A stretch of DNA of 57,106 nt, from the IMG/VR virus record IMGVR_UViG_3300048897_000037, positions 1 to 57,106 of that record. One strand, given 5' to 3'. Below the pieces are notes generated by a model, which did not search any database, had not been told where the DNA came from, and saw nothing but the letters and a program-made list of their open reading frames with translations. The translations under genes and the position numbers were made by a program. This document shows, piece after piece, positions 44,196 through 53,009 of this stretch. Numbering within the stretch: position 1 is the first letter of the stretch; each line of letters opens with the position of its first letter. Origin of the DNA: a virus (Duplodnaviria > Caudoviricetes).

Positions 44196-44881
44196 CCCTC
44201 TACACGGCCATCTGGGGCGGCTACGAGACTCCCAAGCCGCTCCCGGTCGGGCTGACCTGTCACGCGTACCTGTTCACTGACTCGGTGGCCACGGCGCTGC
44301 AGGCCTCGGCGCTGGGATGGTGCGCCAAGGTGGAGGAGGATCACTACTTCCCCGAGGAATACCTGTCCACGCATGGGGACCCGGAGATCGTGGTCCCCAT
44401 GCTGAACCACAAGTGGTTCAAGATGCACCCGGGGGAGGTGCTACCCGACTACGACGTCTCCCTGTGGATCGACGGGTCCATGGAACTTATCGTGGATGAC
44501 TACGCGGAACGATGCCTGGCCGCTCTCGGAGATGACGACTGGTCCTGCGTGCCACATCCAGCCCGTTCCTGCATCTACCCCGAGGCTGACTACTCCGCCA
44601 CACTCACATGGCGGTACGACGCGGACAGCATCCTTGCTCAGAAGGCGCATTATGAGCAGTTCCACCCACCCGGTACGGGACTGATCGCCACCGGTGCTAA
44701 TGCTCGCCGGCACACCCCTGCGGTCCTGGAGCTTTCGCGGCTCTGGTGGGACGAATGCGTCAACTGGAGCCATCAAGATCAGCTCTCGCTTCCGGTTCTG
44801 CTCCGACTATGGGAGGACAAGGTTCGATGGAATTCCAGGATGACATGGCACCAGGACTGGATCCTGCACGAGCACGGCTAG
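44168..44881 (+). CDS. glycosyltransferase (DUF616/MUCI70-like)
   Basis: LYTAIWGGYE, LFTD, SLWIDGS, HPARSCIYPEA, QDQLSLP. Confidence 0.8.
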   Translation: MVQADPPRVALYTAIWGGYETPKPLPVGLTCHAYLFTDSVATALQASALGWCAKVEEDHYFPEEYLSTHGDPEIVVPMLNHKWFKMHPGEVLPDYDVSLWIDGSMELIVDDYAERCLAALGDDDWSCVPHPARSCIYPEADYSATLTWRYDADSILAQKAHYEQFHPPGTGLIATGANARRHTPAVLELSRLWWDECVNWSHQDQLSLPVLLRLWEDKVRWNSRMTWHQDWILHEHG

Positions 44882-45123
44882 TTGAAGCACTCATCGATTA
44901 CGGCTGGCTGGACGACCGTCGGCCTGAGCCTCAGTCCGACAGCGCTCAAGCCTTCGCCCGATACGTCTTCGAACAGCGGGCCACGCTTGCTCCCTGGGAA
45001 GTGGAACACTTCGCTGCGCTAGCTGGGATCGTGCTGGACCACAACCCGGACCCGCACGACACCGATCTGGCAGGCACCGTCCTGGCTGTGATGGAGTTCT
45101 ACAAGGACAAGCTCAGTGGCTGA
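44845..45123 (+). CDS. hypothetical protein
   Basis: fills operon; start uncertain (44827 or 44845). Confidence 0.55.
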   Translation: MAPGLDPARARLVEALIDYGWLDDRRPEPQSDSAQAFARYVFEQRATLAPWEVEHFAALAGIVLDHNPDPHDTDLAGTVLAVMEFYKDKLSG

Positions 45124-45367
45124 ACAATCTCCCGTAGGTACCGTCATTCACGGCTTCGCTCACGGCTGGTTCGGTCGGGATCACTACGACTGCATCCGGG
45201 TCGAAGCGATCGGCGCTGACTGGCTGGTCGGTCGTACAACAGACGGTCATTCCAGGGCAACTACCTGTCTCCCTTTCCGGACGGATGAGTTCTGGCACGC
45301 CATGAAGGAAGCCTCCACGGACTACAGCTACTGCCGAGAAGCAAGGGGCTCCTGTGACTTCGACTGA
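45116..45367 (+). CDS. hypothetical protein
   Basis: VGTVIHGFAHGWFGRDHYDCIRVEAIGADW. Confidence 0.65.
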   Translation: MAEQSPVGTVIHGFAHGWFGRDHYDCIRVEAIGADWLVGRTTDGHSRATTCLPFRTDEFWHAMKEASTDYSYCREARGSCDFD

Positions 45368-45977
45368 GCACTACGACCTGGACCTAGTGACCCAGAAGCT
45401 ACGTCCCGGAGTCACCGTATGCATCGCCGCACATCCAGCCCGGCTCCAGAACGGGATGCTGGCACGTGCGCTGGCCTCGGTGAACGCACAGACGAAGCAG
45501 CCAGAGGCCATCGCGGTGGTCAACGACACCGAGCGCAAGGGTGCCGGATGGACACGGCGCACCCTGCTGGATCTCGTGCAGACAGAGTGGATTGCATGGC
45601 TTGACTCCGACGATGAGTGGCTGCCCGAGCACCTTGCCAAGCTCACGGAGGTAGCAGCTTCGACAGACTCCGTGTTTGTGAACTCCTGGTTCCATGGGAA
45701 CGAGCCCTTCAAGCACATGGGGATCCCCCTGGACCCGTGCAACATTCACCATACGACCATGACGGTCCTGGTCCGGACTGACATCGCTAAGCGGGTGGGG
45801 TTCCAGGACACCCAGCCGCCCCCGTTCAGCAACGAGGACTGGGGGTTCATCACCGGGGTGGCGGCCATCTGCTGCGCCGAGGGGTTGAAGATGACCCATT
45901 TGCCCGAGAGGACCTGGCACTACCACCAACAGGGCCAGAACACCAGTGGTCAACCGACCCAAGGGGACGCCCGGTAG
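45354..45977 (+). CDS. glycosyltransferase family 2
   Basis: RALASV, WIAWLDSDDEWLPEHL, NEDWGF. Confidence 0.85.
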   Translation: MTSTEHYDLDLVTQKLRPGVTVCIAAHPARLQNGMLARALASVNAQTKQPEAIAVVNDTERKGAGWTRRTLLDLVQTEWIAWLDSDDEWLPEHLAKLTEVAASTDSVFVNSWFHGNEPFKHMGIPLDPCNIHHTTMTVLVRTDIAKRVGFQDTQPPPFSNEDWGFITGVAAICCAEGLKMTHLPERTWHYHQQGQNTSGQPTQGDAR

Positions 45978-45991
45978 CTCATACTGTGCCG

Positions 45992-46852
45992 GTGACGCTC
46001 AAGTTCCCCGACGTGTCGCACCACAACGCGCCCCTGTCACTGCTGGGCGCGTCAGCGGTGATCGCCAAGGCGACCGAGGGGGCCACCTTCAGGGACCCCT
46101 ACTACGTCAACTTCCGGGCCCAGGCGGCGGCCATGAAGGTCCCGTTCATGGGGTACCACTGGGTGAACACCGACTCCATCGCCGGTCAGGCCCGCAACGC
46201 TTTTGCCGTCATGGGGGCCACCCCCTGCATGTGGGACGCCGAGGCCGCCGGGGTCACAGTTCCTCGCCTGGTCGACCTGACCAACCAGTACCGGGGGTTG
46301 GGCGGGGTGGTGCACATGGTGTACCTGCCCCACTGGTGGTGGCACGACCACATGGGTGCCCCCGACCTGTCTCCGCTGTCCAAGCTCGGCCTGAATCTGG
46401 TGTCCAGCAACTACACCACCTACACCGATTCCGGCCCCGGCTGGGCCCCGTATGGGGGTATGGCCCCTGTTCAATGGCAGTACTCGGACAACACCCCGTT
46501 CAACGGGAAGCCGCTCGACTTCAACGCCTACAAGGGGACGGCTGAGCAGTATCAGGCACTCATCTCAGGAGGAACCGTGGCACTTACCAAGGCGGACGTG
46601 GACGCAGTTGTGGCCGGCGTCTTCGAGCACATCATCAACGCGGTGTCCCAGGGCTACTCCCAACCGTTCAGTGAGTACGTGAAGTGGATCCATCAGAACA
46701 ACCTGGACATTGCCTCGCTCAACTCCAAGCTGGACCGCATCATGGCTCTGCTGGCGGCCGGGGACGGGAATGGTGGCCTCACCACGGAGCAGGTCCAGGA
46801 AATTGCTGACGCAAGGATTGCTTCCTCTTCCGTCACTCCACCCGCCCCCTGA
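45992..46852 (+). CDS. endolysin (GH25 lysozyme)
   Basis: DVSHHN, IAKATEG, GYHW, WDAE, WQYSD, DFNAY (alternative start 45986). Confidence 0.9.
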   Translation: MTLKFPDVSHHNAPLSLLGASAVIAKATEGATFRDPYYVNFRAQAAAMKVPFMGYHWVNTDSIAGQARNAFAVMGATPCMWDAEAAGVTVPRLVDLTNQYRGLGGVVHMVYLPHWWWHDHMGAPDLSPLSKLGLNLVSSNYTTYTDSGPGWAPYGGMAPVQWQYSDNTPFNGKPLDFNAYKGTAEQYQALISGGTVALTKADVDAVVAGVFEHIINAVSQGYSQPFSEYVKWIHQNNLDIASLNSKLDRIMALLAAGDGNGGLTTEQVQEIADARIASSSVTPPAP

Positions 46853-46870
46853 TCAACTACTCTCAGGTTC

Positions 46871-47236
46871 ATGAACATGAAGAACCCCCACATCATCTGG
46901 GCCTCCGTGGCCATCGTGTTCATGCTGATCGCCGGCTCAGTAACGCTGACCGCCATGGGTAAAGACACCACGGTCATTCTCACGTTGGCTGCTGCCGTAG
47001 CCGTCCCTGTGCTGGGTGCTTTTGGGGCCGCCATCTACCAGAAGGTGGACCAGGTGAAGGAGATCTCCAACGGCACTACGAAGCGACATGAGGAGCGGGC
47101 GGAGGCACTCCAGGCTGAACTGAAGCTGGCCCATGAAAAGATCGTCCAGATGGCCCTCCAGTCCCAGCCCCCACCTATCCCGGGCCCGGATGGGGTAACC
47201 ACGGTGACCACCACCACGAAGACGGATCCAGCATGA
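46871..47236 (+). CDS. putative holin
   Basis: two TM helices plus coiled coil directly after endolysin. Confidence 0.65.
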   Translation: MNMKNPHIIWASVAIVFMLIAGSVTLTAMGKDTTVILTLAAAVAVPVLGAFGAAIYQKVDQVKEISNGTTKRHEERAEALQAELKLAHEKIVQMALQSQPPPIPGPDGVTTVTTTTKTDPA

Positions 47237-47451
47237 GCGACCCAGTAGCCATCATCGCGGCCTGCAGTGGGGGGGTGGTCGCCATCATCACCGCCTACGG
47301 TGCGATCCAGGCCAAGAAGACCCACACCATCGTCAACAGCCGCACCGACAAGATGCTGGCCCACCAGGCGGCCACCGATGAACGGGTGGACCAGCTGGAG
47401 GCCGAGCTACGCACCCGGGGGGATGGATCCGTACCAGAGGTGAGGCTGTGA
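47233..47451 (+). CDS. small membrane protein (lysis-associated)
   Basis: N-terminal TM plus coiled coil; ATGA coupling. Confidence 0.6.
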   Translation: MSDPVAIIAACSGGVVAIITAYGAIQAKKTHTIVNSRTDKMLAHQAATDERVDQLEAELRTRGDGSVPEVRL

Positions 47452-47777
47452 CCACCCATCGTCGGTACTTCTTCGAATACCCGGGGCAGTGGCCAGGACG
47501 GCCGGAGGGCTGGGAGCTGGCCCGGCAGACCTTGGAGCATCACTGCCGCGTCAGCTGGTGGTTCAGTGATCCACAAGTGGAAGGCCAGCCGTTTGCACGA
47601 CTGGCCTTCGGGATCACGGTGAGCGCCCGGGATCAGTGGTGGTGCCACCGGCGGGCCATGGGTTTGGCGACCGACGTGTTCAGGCGCCTGGGCGTCGCCG
47701 AGGAGCACGTCCCGGTCCCGACATGGGAAGCGCTAGCCCCGCATACGAACCGTGGTCGCTATCGAGTTCCCCGCTGA
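47448..47777 (+). CDS. hypothetical protein
   Basis: GTGA coupling, GAGG RBS. Confidence 0.6.
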   Translation: MTTHRRYFFEYPGQWPGRPEGWELARQTLEHHCRVSWWFSDPQVEGQPFARLAFGITVSARDQWWCHRRAMGLATDVFRRLGVAEEHVPVPTWEALAPHTNRGRYRVPR

Positions 47778-47967
47778 GCCCCAGGCAGCCCAGCACGTTT
47801 TCCAGGTCTTCCTCGGGCCACTCCTCCTTCTCGGCCACCCGCTGGATGAGCGCCTTGGCCGTCTTCGACTCCTGCAGGCGGTGTTGACGCAGCTGCTCGC
47901 GCTGCTGGGCCGACAGCTGGGCGTAGGTGTCGTGGGGCCCGCTGCTGATGTCCTTGAAGCTGCTCAC
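47680..47967 (-). CDS. hypothetical protein
   Basis: coupled to upstream gene; convergent overlap with 47448-47777. Confidence 0.55.
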   Translation of the reverse strand: MSSFKDISSGPHDTYAQLSAQQREQLRQHRLQESKTAKALIQRVAEKEEWPEEDLENVLGCLGLSGELDSDHGSYAGLALPMSGPGRAPRRRPGA

Positions 47968-48173
47968 AGCTCCGTCACCTCAATGTGAGGGCCCGCCTCG
48001 ATGACAACGTTAACGAGGCGCTTGGAGCCGATGCGCTCAACGTGCATCATTACGGGCTGATCGGGTACGACGTCAATGATGATTCGAGTGAGCATCGGCC
48101 ACTCAGGCAGTAGGCCAGCCTCATGTAGAGCCTTCATGAAGTGCCTGCCTTGGATGTAGTCGATCTCACTCAC
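47964..48173 (-). CDS. hypothetical protein
   Basis: 4-nt overlaps on both sides. Confidence 0.6.
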   Translation of the reverse strand: MSEIDYIQGRHFMKALHEAGLLPEWPMLTRIIIDVVPDQPVMMHVERIGSKRLVNVVIEAGPHIEVTEL

Positions 48174-48358
48174 AACGGATCCACCCCTTCATGGTCGGCC
48201 TCATGCTCGGCGAGGATGTCGCCGGCCACCAAGGTGTCGATGCGCAACTTCTCAGCGGCGTAGAACGTGGGCGCTACACCAGGCTCCGGGTACCAGGGTC
48301 CGTAGATCTGGCACTCGTGCGTCTTGTGACTGAGTTCGCCACAGTTTCTGCACCTCAT
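48170..48358 (-). CDS. zinc-knuckle (CCHC) protein
   Basis: CRNCGELSHKTHEC. Confidence 0.65.
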   Translation of the reverse strand: MRCRNCGELSHKTHECQIYGPWYPEPGVAPTFYAAEKLRIDTLVAGDILAEHEADHEGVDPL

Positions 48359-48600
48359 GCTGCCGGCTTCCTGTAGTTGAAGATGTGATCGCGGGTGACT
48401 TTGCCCCAGCGCACGTCGTTGGGAAGCCCACCCACGTGCCAGAAAAGATCATTGAACGGACACTGGTAGGTGGACTTGTGTGGATGATGTTGGCGCCCAA
48501 TGCGACGAGCTGCCTTGCGTTCCAGGTAGATGATCTTCTGGCAGCTATCACACCACCCTGTTACCGGCTTGTTGGTGGAGTCGAACGGTCCTTGTCCCAT
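48355..48600 (-). CDS. Zn-binding hypothetical protein
   Basis: CDSC...AYQC-like STYQCP...WHVG. Confidence 0.6.
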   Translation of the reverse strand: MGQGPFDSTNKPVTGWCDSCQKIIYLERKAARRIGRQHHPHKSTYQCPFNDLFWHVGGLPNDVRWGKVTRDHIFNYRKPAA

Positions 48601-48604
48601 GCGT

Positions 48605-49036
48605 TCATGACACCTCACGATCTCTGGCCAGTCGAGCAAGGGCACGGTTGAAGTCACCGGAGAGGGCGTCCTGGTCCTGCTTGAGGGCCGCGCGGTCCTG
48701 GATGGCACCGGCAGCCAGGGCCCGAGGGTTGAGGGCCCTGAAACGGCGCTGAGGCAGTGGCGGGATATCGAACTCGTCCCCGAGCCAGACCAGGCCAACA
48801 TCCGGGTTCCAGTCCAGCACCGACGTGGTGCGAGTCAACTCACGGAACACCCGTCGGTTCCTGGCCGCCTCATCCCGCTGGGCCCGGACCTCGCGATCAC
48901 TGGCCCGTGTGGCCCTCCCTGGTGCCCGGTGCCGGCCTTCCGGCTGCGGGTCGGGCATCAGGGCGGCCACCCGGAACATGAGGGCCAGGCAGAAGCTCAG
49001 CGCCTGGAAGCCCCACTGGTTCAGCCTGGCCTTCAT
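48605..49036 (-). CDS. hypothetical protein
   Basis: operon position, RBS. Confidence 0.6.
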   Translation of the reverse strand: MKARLNQWGFQALSFCLALMFRVAALMPDPQPEGRHRAPGRATRASDREVRAQRDEAARNRRVFRELTRTTSVLDWNPDVGLVWLGDEFDIPPLPQRRFRALNPRALAAGAIQDRAALKQDQDALSGDFNRALARLARDREVS

Positions 49037-49210
49037 CTACTTCCCCTTCTGCTGCTGGTCTCGCTTGTACCGGGCGGCGTTCTCCCGGGCGATGCGCTGG
49101 TTCTCCCGGTCACGCCGGGCTGCCTCGGCGGCCTCCCGGTCACGCTGCTGGCGCCGGAGAGCCTCCTGGGCGTGCTGGACCGCCCTGCGCTTGGTCTCCT
49201 CGTCAGTCAC
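49037..49210 (-). CDS. charged helical protein
   Basis: GTGA coupling; R/E/Q-rich. Confidence 0.5.
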   Translation of the reverse strand: MTDEETKRRAVQHAQEALRRQQRDREAAEAARRDRENQRIARENAARYKRDQQQKGK

Positions 49211-49437
49211 TTCTTGTTCTTCTTCGCCTGTTGCTGTGCTTCCCACTCGGCTGCTTTGCGGCGGGCCTTCTCGGCGTTGGCCCGGTCCTGGGCATCCTTG
49301 CGGGCAGCTGCCTCACGGTTGAGTCGAGCCCGTTCCTCGTGCCGCTTTTGCTGTTCAGCCGCTCGCTCGGCTCGTTGTCGAGCCTTCGCCTCCTCGGATT
49401 CGCGCCTCTGGCGGTCCTCCTGCGACTCCCTGACCAT
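49207..49437 (-). CDS. charged helical protein
   Basis: GAGGAG RBS; R/E/A/K-rich. Confidence 0.55.
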   Translation of the reverse strand: MVRESQEDRQRRESEEAKARQRAERAAEQQKRHEERARLNREAAARKDAQDRANAEKARRKAAEWEAQQQAKKNKK

Positions 49438-49606
49438 CCAACAACTCCTCTGGTAGTGCCAGTAGAAGCCGGCGTAGCCGGTACCACTGGTGGGTTTCGA
49501 TCATGACTGTGCTGAAACTGGGCTTGGGCCAGAGTTCGGCGACAAAGCCCAGGGCCTCGTTGGCGAGCTGGAGCCTACGCTCCTCGCGCAGACTTGGATC
49601 TTCCAC
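49355..49606 (-). CDS. hypothetical protein
   Basis: AAGGAG upstream; fills gap. Confidence 0.5.
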   Translation of the reverse strand: MEDPSLREERRLQLANEALGFVAELWPKPSFSTVMIETHQWYRLRRLLLALPEELLDGQGVAGGPPEARIRGGEGSTTSRASG

Positions 49607-50066
49607 TTACTGTGATCTCCTTCAATGTTTCCAGAATACCAAGGACGATGAAGCACCCGGTGCTGTTCAGTGCTTCAATGTCCTCGCCCACGTAGACCTT
49701 GGCCAGCCGGGTGTACTCCACGATCCGGGAATCATCCTTGAACACCCCGGCCGCCTTGAGGGCGTCCTCTGTGGAGCGTGCCAGCTTGCACAGGTCGCCC
49801 GGCGGGTTGGTGCTGGGGTACGGGCGCTTGCTGTACGGCACCGTCTTGGGCCGCCAGAAGCAGAACACCATCCTGGCCACCACCGGGCCATCCCAGGGCA
49901 CATGGCCTTCCGGGAGGACCGCCCTGGCGGCAGTGATCACGTCACTGCGCCAGGGGGCGGTCCTCTTGTTGGCCTCCACGATCACGGCGGCGTGCTGGGC
50001 GTTGCCCCGGTTGATGACCCGCTTGGATCCTTGCGGGGCCGGCTCCCCGTACGCCCTGATGATCAC
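49575..50066 (-). CDS. rusA: RusA family Holliday junction resolvase
   Basis: GEPAPQGSKR, PGDLCKLARSTEDAL, FKDDSRIV. Confidence 0.88.
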   Translation of the reverse strand: MIIRAYGEPAPQGSKRVINRGNAQHAAVIVEANKRTAPWRSDVITAARAVLPEGHVPWDGPVVARMVFCFWRPKTVPYSKRPYPSTNPPGDLCKLARSTEDALKAAGVFKDDSRIVEYTRLAKVYVGEDIEALNSTGCFIVLGILETLKEITVSGRSKSARGA

Positions 50067-50506
50067 TCGAACGTCACCCCGGTGACACTGGTGATGAGTT
50101 TCTTGAACTCGAACAGCGTCAGGTTGAAGCCGGAGTGGAAGAGGTTCGCTTCCTGTTCCAGGCTAAGGCCCAACAGTTCAGTTGCCTTGTCGGGGATGTA
50201 GCTCACCTCGCCGGTTGCAGGATCGACGCAGCGGCCGTAGCCGTGCGCTCCCGCTAGGGGACGAAAACCAGCCATCACTGTGACGTGGCCGGCAAGGCAC
50301 ATCACGGTTCCGCAGTTCTCCAAATCCTGGAACTGTCCCTGGAGTTGGTAGCCATCATCCTCAGCCCAATTAACCCATGGCCCAGATCCAACGGGGAATC
50401 CGTCATTGGAACCATGGGTACTGTTCCACAACCGCTGATCCCAGCGCTTGGGTTCGGCTTCGATGGCCTTCACGGCCAGCTTGAGCAACTCAGGATCCTT
50501 GATCAT
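50063..50506 (-). CDS. conserved phage hypothetical protein
   Basis: P..WDQ..W, CGTVMCLAGH, A.ELLGL...A..LF. Confidence 0.65.
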   Translation of the reverse strand: MIKDPELLKLAVKAIEAEPKRWDQRLWNSTHGSNDGFPVGSGPWVNWAEDDGYQLQGQFQDLENCGTVMCLAGHVTVMAGFRPLAGAHGYGRCVDPATGEVSYIPDKATELLGLSLEQEANLFHSGFNLTLFEFKKLITSVTGVTFE

Positions 50507-50888
50507 CTGTCTCCACCTCCGTGGGCTCGGCGACCAATCGGAATGATCGGACGCGGTACTTCTCAGCGATGTCACGGTGCACCAGCAGGAAGCTGGCTTC
50601 GTCGAACTCCGTGGTCGTCACCGGGCGCATGTAGTGCTCCACCAGGGCCGGGTAGTCCTCCATGAGGCGCTTCACTGCGATGCGCCTGCTGGGCCGGTTG
50701 GTGAGCACCTTGCGCCCATTGATGGTGGCCGCGTCAGCGTCGCCCATGGCCAGTTCCAGCCGTTCCCGCCGTCGTTGCTCCTCGCCCCTCCAGGCTTCGG
50801 CAGCCCACTTAGCGTCCTTCCAGGACTCAAGCAGCTCGGCCTGGATCTCGCGGGTGGCCTCGTTGGCGTGCCTGTCAGGAACGGACAT
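50490..50888 (-). CDS. hypothetical protein (resembles the C-terminal part of YqaJ-type proteins)
   Basis: AMGDADAATINGRKVLT, FD...HRDIAEKY...RSFRL; GGAGG RBS. Confidence 0.6.
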   Translation of the reverse strand: MSVPDRHANEATREIQAELLESWKDAKWAAEAWRGEEQRRRERLELAMGDADAATINGRKVLTNRPSRRIAVKRLMEDYPALVEHYMRPVTTTEFDEASFLLVHRDIAEKYRVRSFRLVAEPTEVETDDQGS

Positions 50889-51087
50889 AGCGCCTCCCGT
50901 AGATGATCACGAACAGCCACCAGAACAGCGACATCGCCATGGTCAGGAGCAGGGCCGGCCAGAACGTCTTGGCGGTCAGAGGCTTACCGCTGGCCAGCAG
51001 TGTCTCGTTGATCGGGAACACAGTCACGAAGAAGGTGCAGTACCCGAACCAGAAGATGGCCAGGATCCAGAAGACCAGGAGGTTCAT
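50875..51087 (-). CDS. two-TM membrane protein
   Basis: MNLLVFWILAIFWFG...; TGATG coupling. Confidence 0.6.
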   Translation of the reverse strand: MNLLVFWILAIFWFGYCTFFVTVFPINETLLASGKPLTAKTFWPALLLTMAMSLFWWLFVIIYGRRYVRS

Positions 51088-51335
51088 CAGACGCCGTCGT
51101 TCAGGTCGGCCGGGTCCGTCTTCCTGACCGTGTCCGAGCCCCAGTCGCTCTCGTTGTAGGGCTTCTCCTGCTCCCGCTTCAACAGCTCCTGCTCCCATTC
51201 ATCGGGCCCGTATTCGCCCTGAGGGTCGTAGTCTGGGTCGCCGGGTTCGGCTGCCGGCTTGCTCAGGTGCTGCACGACCCCATACACAACAAGGCCCCCA
51301 CCGACGATGATGAGGGCCCAACCAAGCTTGTTCAC
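51087..51335 (-). CDS. single-TM protein with acidic tail
   Basis: GGAGG RBS, N-terminal TM. Confidence 0.6.
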   Translation of the reverse strand: MNKLGWALIIVGGGLVVYGVVQHLSKPAAEPGDPDYDPQGEYGPDEWEQELLKREQEKPYNESDWGSDTVRKTDPADLNDGV

Positions 51336-51670
51336 TGTGAACCTCCGTTGCTGTTGGCCACCATGGAGATGATGGACAGAACTACATCCTTGCTGACGTA
51401 CCCGAGGGGGGCGTTGAGCATCCGGATCCGGTAGTCGATCTCGCGGAACTGCTCCTGCTTGATCCGGGCCATGCGCTCCAGGACCTTGTTGGTCCCGTTC
51501 ATCACGGCCTGCGCCGCGATCTGCTGCAGGTCACCTTGCAGGCCACGCACCTCCAGGGGGGCCATGCCCATCTGGACCATGTTGGCGCCGAACTCTGCGA
51601 TGTCGCCGGGGGTGAGCCCCGGCAGGGGGCGGGCGTACTGGACGTCCACCTCCCGCAGGTCCTTGCTCAT
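51332..51670 (-). CDS. hypothetical protein
   Basis: ATGA coupling. Confidence 0.65.
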   Translation of the reverse strand: MSKDLREVDVQYARPLPGLTPGDIAEFGANMVQMGMAPLEVRGLQGDLQQIAAQAVMNGTNKVLERMARIKQEQFREIDYRIRMLNAPLGYVSKDVVLSIISMVANSNGGSQ

Positions 51671-51966
51671 GCGTTGCTGCCCTTCGGGAGTGGTATGCCG
51701 GCTGCTGCTGCTGCCTGACGACGGTGGTACCCGATCTCTTCCTGGTACTCCGTCCGCTGGGTCTCGTGCCGGTCACCGGGGCGGTAGCCGGCACTGTCGT
51801 AGGTACCGTTTTCGGCTCGCTCCTTCAGAACCGCCTCGTACTCATCGATCTGCCACCGATAGCTCTGGTGATACCAGCTGAGGCTCGGATCTTCGAGATT
51901 CTCCTTGTAACGCTGGATGATCTCCTTGATCCGGGCGCTGGTCATCTCGTGCGGGCTCATGCACAT
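51667..51966 (-). CDS. hypothetical protein
   Basis: AAAGGAG RBS before ATG 51966. Confidence 0.65.
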   Translation of the reverse strand: MCMSPHEMTSARIKEIIQRYKENLEDPSLSWYHQSYRWQIDEYEAVLKERAENGTYDSAGYRPGDRHETQRTEYQEEIGYHRRQAAAAAGIPLPKGSNA

Positions 51967-51992
51967 GGGCTGTGCTCCTTTCCGTGAGACCA

Positions 51993-52022
51993 AGCCTACC
52001 CAGGGGTCCCTGGGGATGCCAA
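51993..52022 (-). promoter_or_regulatory. promoter containing palindrome CCCAGGG-N2-CCCTGGG
   Basis: TTGGCA-N18-TAGGCT. Confidence 0.55.
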
Positions 52023-52172
52023 CTTTGCCTGAACATGATCTTGTCCGGCCCGCAAGGCATCCTGGGGCCGGACGTTCTTGCCCGATTGGTAGCCACAGGA
52101 ACACACGGCTACGTAGACATACTCGCTGGAGAAGTACGGGTACTCCTCCAGCGATATTGAATGCCAGTTCAT
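51996..52172 (-). CDS. small CxC...H protein
   Basis: AAAGGA RBS; VAVCSCGY...DH. Confidence 0.55.
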   Translation of the reverse strand: MNWHSISLEEYPYFSSEYVYVAVCSCGYQSGKNVRPQDALRAGQDHVQAKLASPGTPG

Positions 52173-52528
52173 GACAAGATCCTTTCGTCGGTTACAGGCG
52201 TCCACTTCCCGCCCACCTTGATCTCCGTCTTCAGCTCCTCGGCCGGGATGGTGTACCCGTCCAGGACGGCCTCCACCATGGAGGCCCGGCCAGTCTCGAT
52301 CCTGAGCCAGAGCAGGAACTTCGGGTGCTCGGCCATGCGCCGGAACGCCGCCTTCTTGTTCTGCAACTGGGAGCGTTCCTCGCGGGACTCGCCCCGGGCG
52401 CCGGACGGGTGATGGATCACTCGGACCCCGGTGTCGCGCTTGTTCTGGTTCTGGCCGCCGGACCCACCGGACCGGAAGGTCTGCACCTCGCAGTCATGGA
52501 TCGAGACGGACAGGATGCGACGCCTCAT
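52169..52528 (-). CDS. RF-1-domain peptidyl-tRNA hydrolase (GGQ; ArfB/release-factor-like)
   Basis: EVQTFRSGGSGGQNQNKRDTGVRVIHHPSG...ERSQLQNKKAAF. Confidence 0.9.
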   Translation of the reverse strand: MRRRILSVSIHDCEVQTFRSGGSGGQNQNKRDTGVRVIHHPSGARGESREERSQLQNKKAAFRRMAEHPKFLLWLRIETGRASMVEAVLDGYTIPAEELKTEIKVGGKWTPVTDERILS

Positions 52529-52728
52529 GATCTCCACTCCGCATCTTTGCGGTCTGCACAGGGCCAGAAGCCACCGCAGTAGTTGCATACCGCGTGAGTC
52601 TGGTGGTCTTCGGACGGGTACCACGGAGAATGCCGGTCGCAGATCCGGTCCAGCCGGGCGCCAAAATCCATGATCGTCTTGGCCTGGTTCACGAAGCGCT
52701 CCGGGTAGTACTTGCTCTGATCCTCCAT
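52525..52728 (-). CDS. Zn-binding hypothetical protein
   Basis: H.P...CNYCGGFWPC; GGAGG RBS. Confidence 0.6.
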   Translation of the reverse strand: MEDQSKYYPERFVNQAKTIMDFGARLDRICDRHSPWYPSEDHQTHAVCNYCGGFWPCADRKDAEWRS

Positions 52729-52742
52729 GATCATCACCTCCC

Positions 52743-53009
52743 TCACGGCATGTGGTGTGACGGCTCAACTTCCTCCACGGCGAACAGCTCCTGCTGCCCG
52801 TCCAGAACCTGTGGTGCCGGCGCCCGCGTCGACCCGGTGCAATGGGGGCACAGACGTACCTCGGAGTAGAACCCGGAGTGCAACGTCCCCCGCCACACGT
52901 GCCAGCCCCGGGCTCGGAGTCGGTCGTCGGAGGGGGTACCACCCCCCAGGTCCAGGTACACGCCCTGGCAGCCGCCCAGCTTGTTGCGGTCGCAGTACAC
53001 GTTGCTCAT
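52743..53009 (-). CDS. Cys-rich hypothetical protein
   Basis: CD....C...RARGW...LCPHC. Confidence 0.6.
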   Translation of the reverse strand: MSNVYCDRNKLGGCQGVYLDLGGGTPSDDRLRARGWHVWRGTLHSGFYSEVRLCPHCTGSTRAPAPQVLDGQQELFAVEEVEPSHHMP

